From NCBI GenBank assembly GCA_023247035.1, contig JAHFHG010000005.1:7515-71514 (forward strand): a stretch of 64,000 nt of DNA, written 5' to 3'. Source of the DNA: Candidatus Omnitrophota bacterium (lineage in GTDB: Bacteria > Omnitrophota > Omnitrophia > Omnitrophales > Aquincolibacteriaceae). The notes beneath the pieces were generated by a model. It saw nothing but the letters and a program-made list of their open reading frames with translations. It was not told where the DNA came from and did no database searches. Shown one piece after another: positions 51,115 through 60,498 of the stretch (its first letter is position 1; every line of letters begins with the position of its first letter). The translations under genes were made by a program, and so were the position numbers.

Positions 51115-52509
51115 TTAACCCCTTCTTTTCAACAAATCCACAAGCTCCTCAATTTGTCTTTTGGTTTGTATATTCTGTTTAACCTCGGCGCCAAGTTTAT
51201 TAAAAGCATGAAGCACGGTTGTGTGGTCCCTTCCCCCAAAATATTCCCCAATTTCAGGCAAAGAATGAGTTGTTACCGACCGAATCAAATACATTGCAAT
51301 TTGACGGGGCCTGACGATTGACCGGTTGCGTCTTTTAGCTCTTAAATCGGAAACCTTCAAATGGAAGTAGTCGGCCACAATGCGCTGAATTTGTTCCATA
51401 CTGATTTTTTGTTCTTCTTCTTTCAAGGAATCCCGTAAGATTTCTTGGGCAAGTTTGAGATTAAGCGCCTTTCCGGTAAGCGTGCAGTAAGCCACCACGC
51501 GGATAAGGGCCCCTTCCAGCTCCCTGATATTCGACCGGATTTTGCTGGCGATAAAAAAGGCGACATCATCCGGAACAACCACCGTTTCCTTTTCCATTTT
51601 TTTTCTCAGGATAGCCACCCGAGTCTCGAAATCAGGAGGTTGAATATCGGTCACCAATCCCCAGCTAAACCGCGAAACAAGGCGCTCTTCTAATCCGGGA
51701 ATATCTTTGGGCGGGCGGTCGCTGGAAACAATGATTTGTTTGTGGGCATCGTAGAGCGTATTGAAGGTGTGAAAAAACTCTTCCTGCGTCGCTTCTTTTT
51801 CCGCGATAAAGTGGATGTCGTCGATCAACAAAAGATCCAGCGTCCGGTATTTATTCCGGAACTGGTGCGTGGAGCGGTTCTGAATGGCTGTGATGAGCTG
51901 GTTGGTGAATTTCTCGCTTGAAATATAAAGCACACGGAAATCCGGGCAGCGTTTTTTAATCTCGTGGGCGATGGCTTGCATCAAATGAGTTTTTCCTAAA
52001 CCCACGGGGCCGTAAATAAAGAGAGGATTATACTGGCGCGCCGGCGCTTGGCAAACGGCCAGGGCCGCGGCGTGGCCAAAACGATTGCTGGGCCCCACCA
52101 CAAAATTTTCGAAAGTATAATGGCTGTTCAACGCGCTGTCGGGCGCATCCCCGTAAGAGCGGCTCTTTGCCGCCTCATTATTTTTGACTGACGCCGAACG
52201 CGGCGGCTCGACAATTTTATATTTGATTTGAAGCGCCGCTCCAAGCGTTTCTTCAACCGCGCTGGAAATCAGGTTTTCATAATGAGTCTTGAGCCAATGC
52301 CCATAATAACTATCAGGCACGCTTAGCGTTATAGAATTTCCGTCCAGATCCAGACAGCGCACAGGCTCAAGCCACGTCTTGAAGGATTGTTCACTGAGCT
52401 CTCGGGCCAAAACTTGCCTGATTTTGTTCCAGGCATTGAGGAACCGTTCAGCCTTTTTTACGACGTCGGGCTGAACAGTTGATAAAGAGGGTATTGAGAA
52501 ATTATCCAC
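51115..52509 (-). CDS. dnaA: chromosomal replication initiator protein DnaA
   Basis: 464 aa; AAA+ Walker A GPVGLGKTHL, C-terminal DnaA signature domain; GTG start overlapped by a DnaA box. Confidence 0.92.
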   Translation of the reverse strand: MDNFSIPSLSTVQPDVVKKAERFLNAWNKIRQVLARELSEQSFKTWLEPVRCLDLDGNSITLSVPDSYYGHWLKTHYENLISSAVEETLGAALQIKYKIVEPPRSASVKNNEAAKSRSYGDAPDSALNSHYTFENFVVGPSNRFGHAAALAVCQAPARQYNPLFIYGPVGLGKTHLMQAIAHEIKKRCPDFRVLYISSEKFTNQLITAIQNRSTHQFRNKYRTLDLLLIDDIHFIAEKEATQEEFFHTFNTLYDAHKQIIVSSDRPPKDIPGLEERLVSRFSWGLVTDIQPPDFETRVAILRKKMEKETVVVPDDVAFFIASKIRSNIRELEGALIRVVAYCTLTGKALNLKLAQEILRDSLKEEEQKISMEQIQRIVADYFHLKVSDLRAKRRNRSIVRPRQIAMYLIRSVTTHSLPEIGEYFGGRDHTTVLHAFNKLGAEVKQNIQTKRQIEELVDLLKRRG

Positions 52510-52510
52510 A
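52502..52510. promoter_or_regulatory. DnaA box TTATCCACA overlapping the dnaA start codon
   Basis: Perfect consensus 9-mer read directly. Confidence 0.55.
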
Positions 52511-52805
52511 GCCTATCAACAACGGTTAACGAAGATAATTTTAGGAGATCCTAAAAAAAGACAGAAAAACCAAATGAATCCGCCGGAATTCAGGAGTTTC
52601 TTAAAAACCAGGGCGCGCACATTATCATCCGGCGTTTTGAAATTGTCCAAGGATTTGTTCAATTCAATCCTGCCGGATTAACTGTAGCGGCGGGCGAGCC
52701 CGGGAAAAAAGAATAAAAAAACGCGAAATCGTTGATTCCGGTCTTCTTTTTGCTATAATCGCAAAACTTTATGAAAATCAGAAAGCGGGAAGATCATAAA
52801 ATCAA

Positions 52806-52949
52806 ATGAAGAGAACATATCAGCCCTCCAAAAGAAAAAGACGCAACAAGCACGGCTTCCTTAGCCGGACAAGGACTCAAGGAGGCCGCAAGGTTCTTCG
52901 CAGGCGGCGTAAAAAAGGAAGAAAACGCCTCATACCGATTTACTCCTAA
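52806..52949 (+). CDS. rpmH: 50S ribosomal protein L34
   Basis: Hand-translated: [47 protein letters not shown] (47 aa). Below the ORF-track length cutoff. Preceded by an extended -10 TGCTATAAT at about 52752-52760. Confidence 0.9.
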   Translation: MKRTYQPSKRKRRNKHGFLSRTRTQGGRKVLRRRRKKGRKRLIPIYS

Positions 52950-52953
52950 GGTC

Positions 52954-53361
52954 TTGTCATTAGAAGGAGATCAAAGCGCGCGATCGTTTTTGAAAATGAG
53001 CCTTCCCTTACCGCGAAGTCAAAGGATTCGGAAGCAAGGGAATTTTCAGCTCATATTCAGCAAAGGAGAGTTTGCGAAGGGCGAGTTTCTTTTGATGTGG
53101 ACTTATCATTCTTCCAGAGATGCCAAGGGCGGCGCGGCGCCGAAAGTCGGCATTATCGTAAGCCGGAAAACAGACCGACGGGCGACCCGCAGGAATCTGT
53201 GGAAGCGAAGGATCCGGGAAGCCTTTCGGGAACTTCAGGTGAAGGTAAAAGAAAACGCCGAGATTCTTATCAAGTCCAGAGAATGCAATATGATACCTTC
53301 GTATCAGGAAATCAAGCGGGAATTGGAAACGCTTTTGCGCAAGACTGAGAGTCTAAAATAA
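52954..53361 (+). CDS. rnpA: ribonuclease P protein component
   Basis: Conserved RNR motif region (KRATRRNLWKRRIRE); canonical position after rpmH. Confidence 0.85.
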   Translation: MSLEGDQSARSFLKMSLPLPRSQRIRKQGNFQLIFSKGEFAKGEFLLMWTYHSSRDAKGGAAPKVGIIVSRKTDRRATRRNLWKRRIREAFRELQVKVKENAEILIKSRECNMIPSYQEIKRELETLLRKTESLK

Positions 53362-53573
53362 TGAACGCGTTGTTTCTTTTTATCGTCCGCCAATACCGCA
53401 GGCTGATTTCGCCTCTCTTGGGAAGGCGCTGCCGGTTTTTTCCTTCCTGCTCCGATTACGCCGAACAAGCGCTGATGAAAAAATCAGCGCCGCGGGCCTG
53501 CGGGCTTATTTTCAAAAGACTTCTGAAGTGCCACCCCTTTTATTCTGGAGGCTATGATCCCCTTGAATCCTGA
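53361..53573 (+). CDS. yidD: membrane protein insertion efficiency factor YidD
   Basis: 70 aa; conserved Cys pattern (C..FFPSCS.Y), overlapping rnpA stop and yidC start. Confidence 0.85.
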   Translation: MNALFLFIVRQYRRLISPLLGRRCRFFPSCSDYAEQALMKKSAPRACGLIFKRLLKCHPFYSGGYDPLES

Positions 53574-55209
53574 ACGGAAACCGGACCGGAATTACTGGAT
53601 CTTTTTAGCCTTATCAATGATCGTTTTGCTGGCGTATCCGTTTTTTCTAAAAAAAGCCGGCCGCCACGCCAATCCGCTGCCTCAAGAAGAAATTTCCCAA
53701 TCGTCGGCAAAAAGCTACGCCGGGAGGCGGCTGCAGAGCGCTTTAACCACTCCCGAAGGGCCTTTTTTAGAAAGGGCCGCGGCCCCCGCCATTATTCCTT
53801 TTGAGAATGATTTATATGAGGTGAAATTTTCCACCCTGGGCGCATCAATCGTGTATTTAAAATATAAGGGCCAAAACGGAAAACACCGGCTGCCGCCGAC
53901 GCTTTTCTATGAGGGAGAAACAGACGCCTCGGGTCTTTTCGGGACCCGTCTTTCCAACGAAGAAGTGGAATTAACGGAAGCGCAATTCAAGCTTTACCAT
54001 CGTGACGCCCAGGACCAAAGCTTTACTTTTATTTATGAAAAGCCGGAGGAATACCGGCTGGTCAAACAGTACAAGTTTCCCGCTGAAAAGCCGGCGATCC
54101 AGATCAATATTTCCGTTGAAAATTTATCGCCGAGGGAAAAACATTTTCCGCTGGAATTTTTTTACGGAATCGATACTCAAGGGCAGACGCCGCAAAGCGA
54201 GCCCGAGGCCCTTGTCTTTGAGGATAAGGTCAGGTCTGAAAAATTGGGAAGGATTTCGAAAAAGGGATTTCAAGTTTCAGGTCAGATCCAGTGGGCCGGA
54301 CTTTTAAAAAAATACTTTGCGGTCCTTGTCAAGCCGGACTGGAAAATTATTGCGCAGCAGGCGTATTTTAAGCCTCCTACCCTCTGGTCTCAGCTCAAAA
54401 TGGAGCCCCTTTCTTTAGCTCCCGGTGAAAAGGCCGCGAAAGGATTTTTGATTTACGCCGGCCCGCAGCAGTACGAGACGCTTCGGAAATTTGACGTGGA
54501 TTTTGAGCACGTGCTCTCTCGCGGGTTTTTTGGAATCTTCAAGATCTGGTTTTTGATCGCGCTGAAATTTCTGACTCAATTCACGCACAATTACGGCTGG
54601 GCCATTATCCTTTTGACGCTTGCCCTGAAGGGAGCTTTTACTCCCCTCACGCACATGAGTTATGAGTCGATGCGGAAGATGCAGGCGCTTCAGCCCAAGC
54701 TGAAATCCCTTCAGGAAAGATATAAAAAAGATCCCACCAAACTTCAGCACGAAATGATGCAGCTTTACCGGCGTAATCACGTTAATCCGATGGGCGGCTG
54801 CCTGCCGATGCTCTTGCAGATACCGATTTTTATCGCGTTTTACCAGGTTTTAAACGAAACAGTCGAAATCAAGGGCGCGCCTTTTATTTTTTGGATTCAA
54901 GATTTGTCCGAACCCGACCGGCTTTTTCATTTCCCGTTCATGATTCCTTTGATCGGGCAGAGTTTTAATCTCCTTCCCCTTCTGATGCTGGGCTCGATGG
55001 TGTGGCAGCAAAAACTCACTCCCCAGGCCGGCGCGACTCCCGAACAAACGAAGATGATGGCCTTTATGCCGCTTATTTTTGGATTTTTGTTTTATCAAAT
55101 GCCTTCCGGATTAGTCCTCTACTGGTTTATCAATAATATGCTGACCATTCTTCATCAGACGTTCATCAAAAAAATGGCCGTTGTCCTCCACCACGAAGAC
55201 CGCGAATAG
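53554..55209 (+). CDS. yidC: membrane protein insertase YidC
   Basis: 551 aa; N-terminal TM helix, periplasmic domain, 5-TM Oxa1-like core. Confidence 0.9.
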   Translation: MIPLNPERKPDRNYWIFLALSMIVLLAYPFFLKKAGRHANPLPQEEISQSSAKSYAGRRLQSALTTPEGPFLERAAAPAIIPFENDLYEVKFSTLGASIVYLKYKGQNGKHRLPPTLFYEGETDASGLFGTRLSNEEVELTEAQFKLYHRDAQDQSFTFIYEKPEEYRLVKQYKFPAEKPAIQINISVENLSPREKHFPLEFFYGIDTQGQTPQSEPEALVFEDKVRSEKLGRISKKGFQVSGQIQWAGLLKKYFAVLVKPDWKIIAQQAYFKPPTLWSQLKMEPLSLAPGEKAAKGFLIYAGPQQYETLRKFDVDFEHVLSRGFFGIFKIWFLIALKFLTQFTHNYGWAIILLTLALKGAFTPLTHMSYESMRKMQALQPKLKSLQERYKKDPTKLQHEMMQLYRRNHVNPMGGCLPMLLQIPIFIAFYQVLNETVEIKGAPFIFWIQDLSEPDRLFHFPFMIPLIGQSFNLLPLLMLGSMVWQQKLTPQAGATPEQTKMMAFMPLIFGFLFYQMPSGLVLYWFINNMLTILHQTFIKKMAVVLHHEDRE

Positions 55210-55304
55210 CGGATACTTTTTGCTACAGTTCGTTTTGATTTTATTGTAGACTGCCTCCGCGCGAATACTCCGCTATTCTCTCGAATCCAAAATCCTTATC
55301 GCCG

Positions 55305-57146
55305 TTGATCATGACGAACAGCAGAAAATACGACTCTATTATCGTGGGCGCCGGACACGCCGGCGTTGAAGCTTCGCTTGCTCTGGCCAGGGCCGGCTAC
55401 GAGATCCTTTTGTTGACGATGTCGCTGGATTCGATTGCAAAGATGTCCTGCAATCCCGCTATTGGAGGACTCGCTAAAGGGCATATGGTCCGCGAAATCG
55501 ATGCCTTAGGCGGGGAAATGGGACGCGCTGCGGATGCAACGGGCATTCAATTCCGAATGCTCAACCGCTCCAAGGGGCCGGCGGTTTGGGCGCCCCGGGC
55601 GCAGGCCGATAAAAAGCAGTATTCTCTTTATATGCGGCGCGCGGTGGAACGTGAGCCGAATATTGATTTAAAGCAGGGCGAGGCGGCGGAGATTCTTATC
55701 AAAAATGGGGCCTGTTATGGGATTGTTACTAAAGATCAGGAAGTTATTTTTTCACAAACGGTTATACTCACCACAGGGACGTTTCTTCAAGGCCTTATCC
55801 ACATCGGAGACGTGAATTTTCCAGGCGGCCGCGGGGGCGAACAGCCCGCCGTAGGTCTATCGGCTTCGTTGAGGAACCACGGCATTGAACTTATCCGGTT
55901 TAAGACAGGCACTCCGCCCAGGCTGCAGGCGGCGAGCATTGACTGGGATAAAACCGAAGAGCAAAAAGGAGACGATCCGCCGCTACCCTTTTCCTTTAGA
56001 ACAGAAAAGCTGTTCGTGGATCAGCTTTCCTGCTATTTAACCTATACGAACGAAAAAACCCACGATTGGATCCGTAAAAACCTCCACCGTTCGCCTCTTT
56101 ATGCCGGAAAGATTACAGGCGCTGGCCCGCGCTACTGCCCTTCGATTGAAGATAAAGTCGTGAAATTTTCCGACAAGGCCCGCCATCAGATTTACTTAGA
56201 GCCTGAAGGAAGGGATACGGACGAAATTTATGTGAACGGGCTTTCGACAAGCCTCCCCGAAGATGTTCAATATGAAGTGGTGCATTCGATCCTGGGTTTG
56301 GAGAACGCAAAATTTATCCGTCTGGCTTACGCGATTGAATATGATTGTGCGCCGCCCACGCAGCTCAAACATTCCTTGGAAACAAAGAAGATCGAGAATC
56401 TTTTTTTGGCTGGCCAGATCAACTGTACTTCCGGATACGAAGAGGCTGCAAGCCAAGGTCTTATGGCAGGGTTGAATGTTATACAAAAATTGCGCCGGCG
56501 TCCCGCTTTTGTACTGGATCGCTCGGAAGCCTATATCGGCGTCCTTATTGATGATCTCGTAACTCGTGGCACTCAAGAGCCTTACAGAATGTTTACTTCA
56601 CGAGCAGAATTCCGGCTGCTGCTTCGCCAGGATAATGCAGATGAACGGCTAACAAAATACGGTTTTGAGTTCGGCCTTATTGAATCAGAGCATTTTGAAA
56701 AATTTCGAGAGAAATCCAAACGGATAAAAGAAGAAATCGTGAGATTAAAATCAACCCGTTTCGAAAACGGAACTTTGGATAGATTTTTGAAAAGGCCGGA
56801 GATTTCTTATCAAGATTTGATTCAAAGAGAAATGCACAGCACAAGTCTAAGCAATGAGGACATCGTTCATGTTGAAAATGAAATTAAATATGACGGGTAT
56901 ATTTCTAGGCAGCTTGCGGAAGTGAAGCGGTTCAAAAAAGTAGAGCAAAAGCAAATTCCAAATCATATTGATTATTCTAACATTGCTGGGATGAGCCGGG
57001 AGGCAAAGGAAAAACTAAGTAAACTCAAGCCGTTTTCTTTAGGCCAGGCAGCCAGAATTCCAGGGATTTCACCCTGCGATCTTTCTCTTTTAGCTGTTTT
57101 TATGGAGAAAAATGCTAGAAGTTATGTTTCACGTGAAACACAATAA
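55305..57146 (+). CDS. mnmG: tRNA uridine 5-carboxymethylaminomethyl modification enzyme MnmG/GidA
   Basis: 613 aa; FAD-binding GAGHAG, full-length. Confidence 0.92.
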   Translation: MIMTNSRKYDSIIVGAGHAGVEASLALARAGYEILLLTMSLDSIAKMSCNPAIGGLAKGHMVREIDALGGEMGRAADATGIQFRMLNRSKGPAVWAPRAQADKKQYSLYMRRAVEREPNIDLKQGEAAEILIKNGACYGIVTKDQEVIFSQTVILTTGTFLQGLIHIGDVNFPGGRGGEQPAVGLSASLRNHGIELIRFKTGTPPRLQAASIDWDKTEEQKGDDPPLPFSFRTEKLFVDQLSCYLTYTNEKTHDWIRKNLHRSPLYAGKITGAGPRYCPSIEDKVVKFSDKARHQIYLEPEGRDTDEIYVNGLSTSLPEDVQYEVVHSILGLENAKFIRLAYAIEYDCAPPTQLKHSLETKKIENLFLAGQINCTSGYEEAASQGLMAGLNVIQKLRRRPAFVLDRSEAYIGVLIDDLVTRGTQEPYRMFTSRAEFRLLLRQDNADERLTKYGFEFGLIESEHFEKFREKSKRIKEEIVRLKSTRFENGTLDRFLKRPEISYQDLIQREMHSTSLSNEDIVHVENEIKYDGYISRQLAEVKRFKKVEQKQIPNHIDYSNIAGMSREAKEKLSKLKPFSLGQAARIPGISPCDLSLLAVFMEKNARSYVSRETQ

Positions 57147-57260
57147 GGCCACAATTTTTCTATCGCTATTCAAGAATTCCAAAAATTTGACGATTTAATT
57201 TAAAAATTATCCTATAATGATCCGGATTCTTTATCGGAAACGTTCTGTTTCACGTGAAAC

Positions 57261-58115
57261 ATGGGAGAAATTATGAAAAATATATTTGCCTTTTGTAATC
57301 AAAAAGGAGGAGTCGGAAAGACAACCTCTGTGGTTAATATTTCGGCTGTTTTGGCTCAAGAATGCCAACGTGTTCTGGTTATTGATATGGATGCTCAAGC
57401 AAATGCAACAAGCGGATTTGGAGAAGAAAAGCCGGGTATAGAATTCACAACTTATCAACTTCTTGTGGAAAATGATCAGCCCCAAAAAGTGATTAAGAAA
57501 ACGGCTATTCAAAATTTGGATTTAATCCCCTCAAATACGGATTTATCAGGCGTGGAGTTGGATTTAATCTCCCGTCAAAGAAGGGAATACATCCTGAAAG
57601 AAAAGGTCAGCCTTATTTCAGCGGATTACGATTACATCTTTATCGATTGCCCGCCCTCGCTTGGCCTGACCACGATTAATGCTCTTTGTGCAAGCGATTA
57701 TTTAATCATCCCAATGCAGTGCGAATATTATGCCCTGGAAGGACTCAGCCACCTTTTAGGCACATTTCAGCTGGTCCAGAAAAACCTGAATCCTTCTTTA
57801 GAAATCGGCGGAGTCATTTTAACGATGGCGGATTTCCGCACCAACCTTACCCAGCAGGTCATTGAAGAGGTGAAGAATTTTTTCAAAAATAAAGTATTTG
57901 ATACAGTCATCCCGCGATCCGTGAGGCTTTCTGAGGCGCCGAGTTTTGGAAAGCCGGCCGTGATTTACGATCCGCTTGCAAAGGGATCAAAATGTTATCA
58001 GGCCATTGCTCGAGATTTTATGAAACGATTCGGTTCGAAAATGGAATTGAAGGAGCCGAAAACACCAGCCTGCGATCAGGAAAAAAGCCGCCAAAAAGAG
58101 GAGATCAAAATATGA
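57261..58115 (+). CDS. parA: chromosome partitioning ATPase ParA/Soj
   Basis: Deviant Walker A KGGVGKTT; 284 aa. Confidence 0.9.
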   Translation: MGEIMKNIFAFCNQKGGVGKTTSVVNISAVLAQECQRVLVIDMDAQANATSGFGEEKPGIEFTTYQLLVENDQPQKVIKKTAIQNLDLIPSNTDLSGVELDLISRQRREYILKEKVSLISADYDYIFIDCPPSLGLTTINALCASDYLIIPMQCEYYALEGLSHLLGTFQLVQKNLNPSLEIGGVILTMADFRTNLTQQVIEEVKNFFKNKVFDTVIPRSVRLSEAPSFGKPAVIYDPLAKGSKCYQAIARDFMKRFGSKMELKEPKTPACDQEKSRQKEEIKI

Positions 58116-59017
58116 AGAAGGCCTTAGGAAAAGGATTAAGCGCTTTAATACCAGATAGTTATATAAATGAAATAAAATCTTTGTCTTCCTCACAGGCAAC
58201 AGACAATACGCCGGAAGCGGCCAGTTTTCAATTGATTCCTCTTTCTGATATTCTTATGAACCAGGATCAACCGAGGCGGGATTTCCAGGAAGCAAAAATA
58301 GAGGAGCTGGCGGCTTCGATCAAGGAAAACGGGATTTTACAGCCCGTTGTTGTAAAGCAGATTGAAAATGGAAAATATAGGCTCATCTGCGGCGAGAGAA
58401 GATTCCGGGCCGCGCGGCTTTGCGGATTAAACGAGATCCCTGCCGTGGTCAAAGACGTTGCTCCGGAGCGGTTTTTAGAATGGGCTTTAGTAGAAAATAT
58501 CCAGCGCGAGGATTTGAATCCGCTGGAAGAGGCCGAGGCTTACCGCAGGCTTGTGGAGGAGCAAACGCTTTCCCAAGATGAGATTGCAAAGCGTGTCGGC
58601 AAAGACCGCTCCACGGTTGCGAATATGCTGCGTTTGCTGAGGCTTCCTCAAGAAGTCAGCCAATATGTTGAGCAGGGAAGGCTGACTGCCGGGCACGCCC
58701 GCGCCCTTTTGGGGCTGCTGACGCCTGAGCATCAAAGGCAATTAGCGAAACGGATTGTCGAGGAAAATCTTTCGGTGCGCCAAGTGGAACAGATCGTCAA
58801 TCGAAGCGCGGCTCACAAACGCAGAGCGAAGCCGGCGCGGTATCTGGGGCCGGAAATTATGGATTTGGAAAACCGATTAAGCCGTTATCTCGGGACTCAA
58901 GTTAAAATTTTTTCTAGAAAGAGTCAAAAAGAAGGCCGCATTGAGATCCGCTATTTTTCTTTAGACGACCTGGAGCGGCTCCTTGATAAAATAGGGTTAA
59001 CCCCTTCCCAAATTTAA
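58112..59017 (+). CDS. parB: chromosome partitioning protein ParB/Spo0J
   Basis: ParB N-terminal box (GERRFRAA), HTH, C-terminal dimerisation domain; start set to the Met overlapping the parA stop (ATGA). Confidence 0.88.
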   Translation: MKKALGKGLSALIPDSYINEIKSLSSSQATDNTPEAASFQLIPLSDILMNQDQPRRDFQEAKIEELAASIKENGILQPVVVKQIENGKYRLICGERRFRAARLCGLNEIPAVVKDVAPERFLEWALVENIQREDLNPLEEAEAYRRLVEEQTLSQDEIAKRVGKDRSTVANMLRLLRLPQEVSQYVEQGRLTAGHARALLGLLTPEHQRQLAKRIVEENLSVRQVEQIVNRSAAHKRRAKPARYLGPEIMDLENRLSRYLGTQVKIFSRKSQKEGRIEIRYFSLDDLERLLDKIGLTPSQI

Positions 59018-59139
59018 AGTTAGAATTGACACGCGAAGGTTCTATGATATAATTCCAGAACTTTTCAAAAGCTTTAAAGATAAGTCGCTTTAATTAAATT
59101 CTTCACAAAAAATTTAATGTTTTCCGCGCCTCACAAATC

Positions 59140-60426
59140 ATGGATTTAAAAATTTTCCAGAAAATTTTTATCGCGATCCTTTTCACAATCCTTTCCGGAT
59201 GCGACCGTATGATCCCTCAAGAAAACGTAACGCCCGTGAAGGTCACTTTTTGGGGGAGCCCGGAAGAAATCGACATTATTACTCATTCGATAAGCGACTG
59301 GCAGGCCGCGCATCCGGAAATCAAAGTTGTTTTTGAACACACTCCCTACGGCGGTTATGACAGCAAAATCCTTACGCGGATTGCCGGCGGCGCCGCGCCC
59401 GACCTCATTGCAACCGAGGTTGATTATTTTGTCACCTTCGCAAGCAAAAAAGTTTTGGAGGATTTGACGCCTTATATCGAAAGCGACGTCGGGTTTTCGA
59501 AAGCCGATTTTTTCCCTACGATCCTGAACCGTTTTACCGTGGACGGCCGGATCTTGGCAATCCCGCGTGACGTGGCGCCTTTTGCCTGCGTTTTTTATAA
59601 TAAGGATTTGTTCAGCCAAGCCGGTCTTCCTTATCCCACGGACGATTGGACATGGGATGACCTGCTCCGCCTGGCCCGGGCGTTGACCAAGAAAGACGCG
59701 AGCGGCAGGGTTGTGCAGTACGGCTTTTACGGATGGGCGTGGCAGAATTTTGTTTACGGAAACGGCGGGGCCCTTGTCGATAATATCAACCATCCGACCC
59801 GCACCCTTATTGAAGATCCCAAATCCGTCCAGGGCCTGCAATTTTATTCCGATCTCGTGAACCTTTATAACGTGATGCCGGCTCCCGTAGCCTTGGCCAA
59901 TATGGGAATGGGCGTCGATCTTATGTTTGCAAGCGGAAGGCTGGCGATGTTTCTTTCCGGGATCTGGGAAACGCCGGGCTTGAGAAATTACAATTTCAAT
60001 TGGGACGTTGCGATGTTTCCCAAAAGTTCCAGCGGAATGCGTGCTTTTGGGTCCGGCGGATCAGGCTACGCGATTTTGAAATCTTCCAAACATAAAAAAG
60101 AAGCCTGGGAAGTGATTAAGGCTCTGACCGGGCCGAAAGGGCAGGAAAAATTAGCCGAGCGAGGGCTTGCCCAGCCTTCACGGATTTCGGTCGCAAAGGG
60201 TCCTTCCTGGGGAGAGCATCCGGCCCCTCCGGCCAATAAAAAAATGTTAAACGAAGCGGTAACGCACGTTGTTTTCAGCCCGTTTCATCCGCGCTGGCGC
60301 GAGATCGAAGAAAAGTACCTTAGACCTCAGCTTGATCTTGTTTTTAATGGGAAGGAAACCGCCGCCGAAGCCGCCCGAAAAATCGCCTCCCGAATGAATG
60401 CGGTTTTGCAATCCAAAGAAAATTAA
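59140..60426 (+). CDS. ABC transporter substrate-binding lipoprotein, carbohydrate-type (SBP family 1)
   Basis: Lipobox LSGC; MalE-like sugar SBP; no permease genes adjacent. Confidence 0.7.
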   Translation: MDLKIFQKIFIAILFTILSGCDRMIPQENVTPVKVTFWGSPEEIDIITHSISDWQAAHPEIKVVFEHTPYGGYDSKILTRIAGGAAPDLIATEVDYFVTFASKKVLEDLTPYIESDVGFSKADFFPTILNRFTVDGRILAIPRDVAPFACVFYNKDLFSQAGLPYPTDDWTWDDLLRLARALTKKDASGRVVQYGFYGWAWQNFVYGNGGALVDNINHPTRTLIEDPKSVQGLQFYSDLVNLYNVMPAPVALANMGMGVDLMFASGRLAMFLSGIWETPGLRNYNFNWDVAMFPKSSSGMRAFGSGGSGYAILKSSKHKKEAWEVIKALTGPKGQEKLAERGLAQPSRISVAKGPSWGEHPAPPANKKMLNEAVTHVVFSPFHPRWREIEEKYLRPQLDLVFNGKETAAEAARKIASRMNAVLQSKEN

Positions 60427-60498
60427 AAGTTGCCTTTTCGGCGCCCGCTTTTTGGAGGGATACGCCGCGAAATTATTTCTACATTGAAAGGATTAAAA

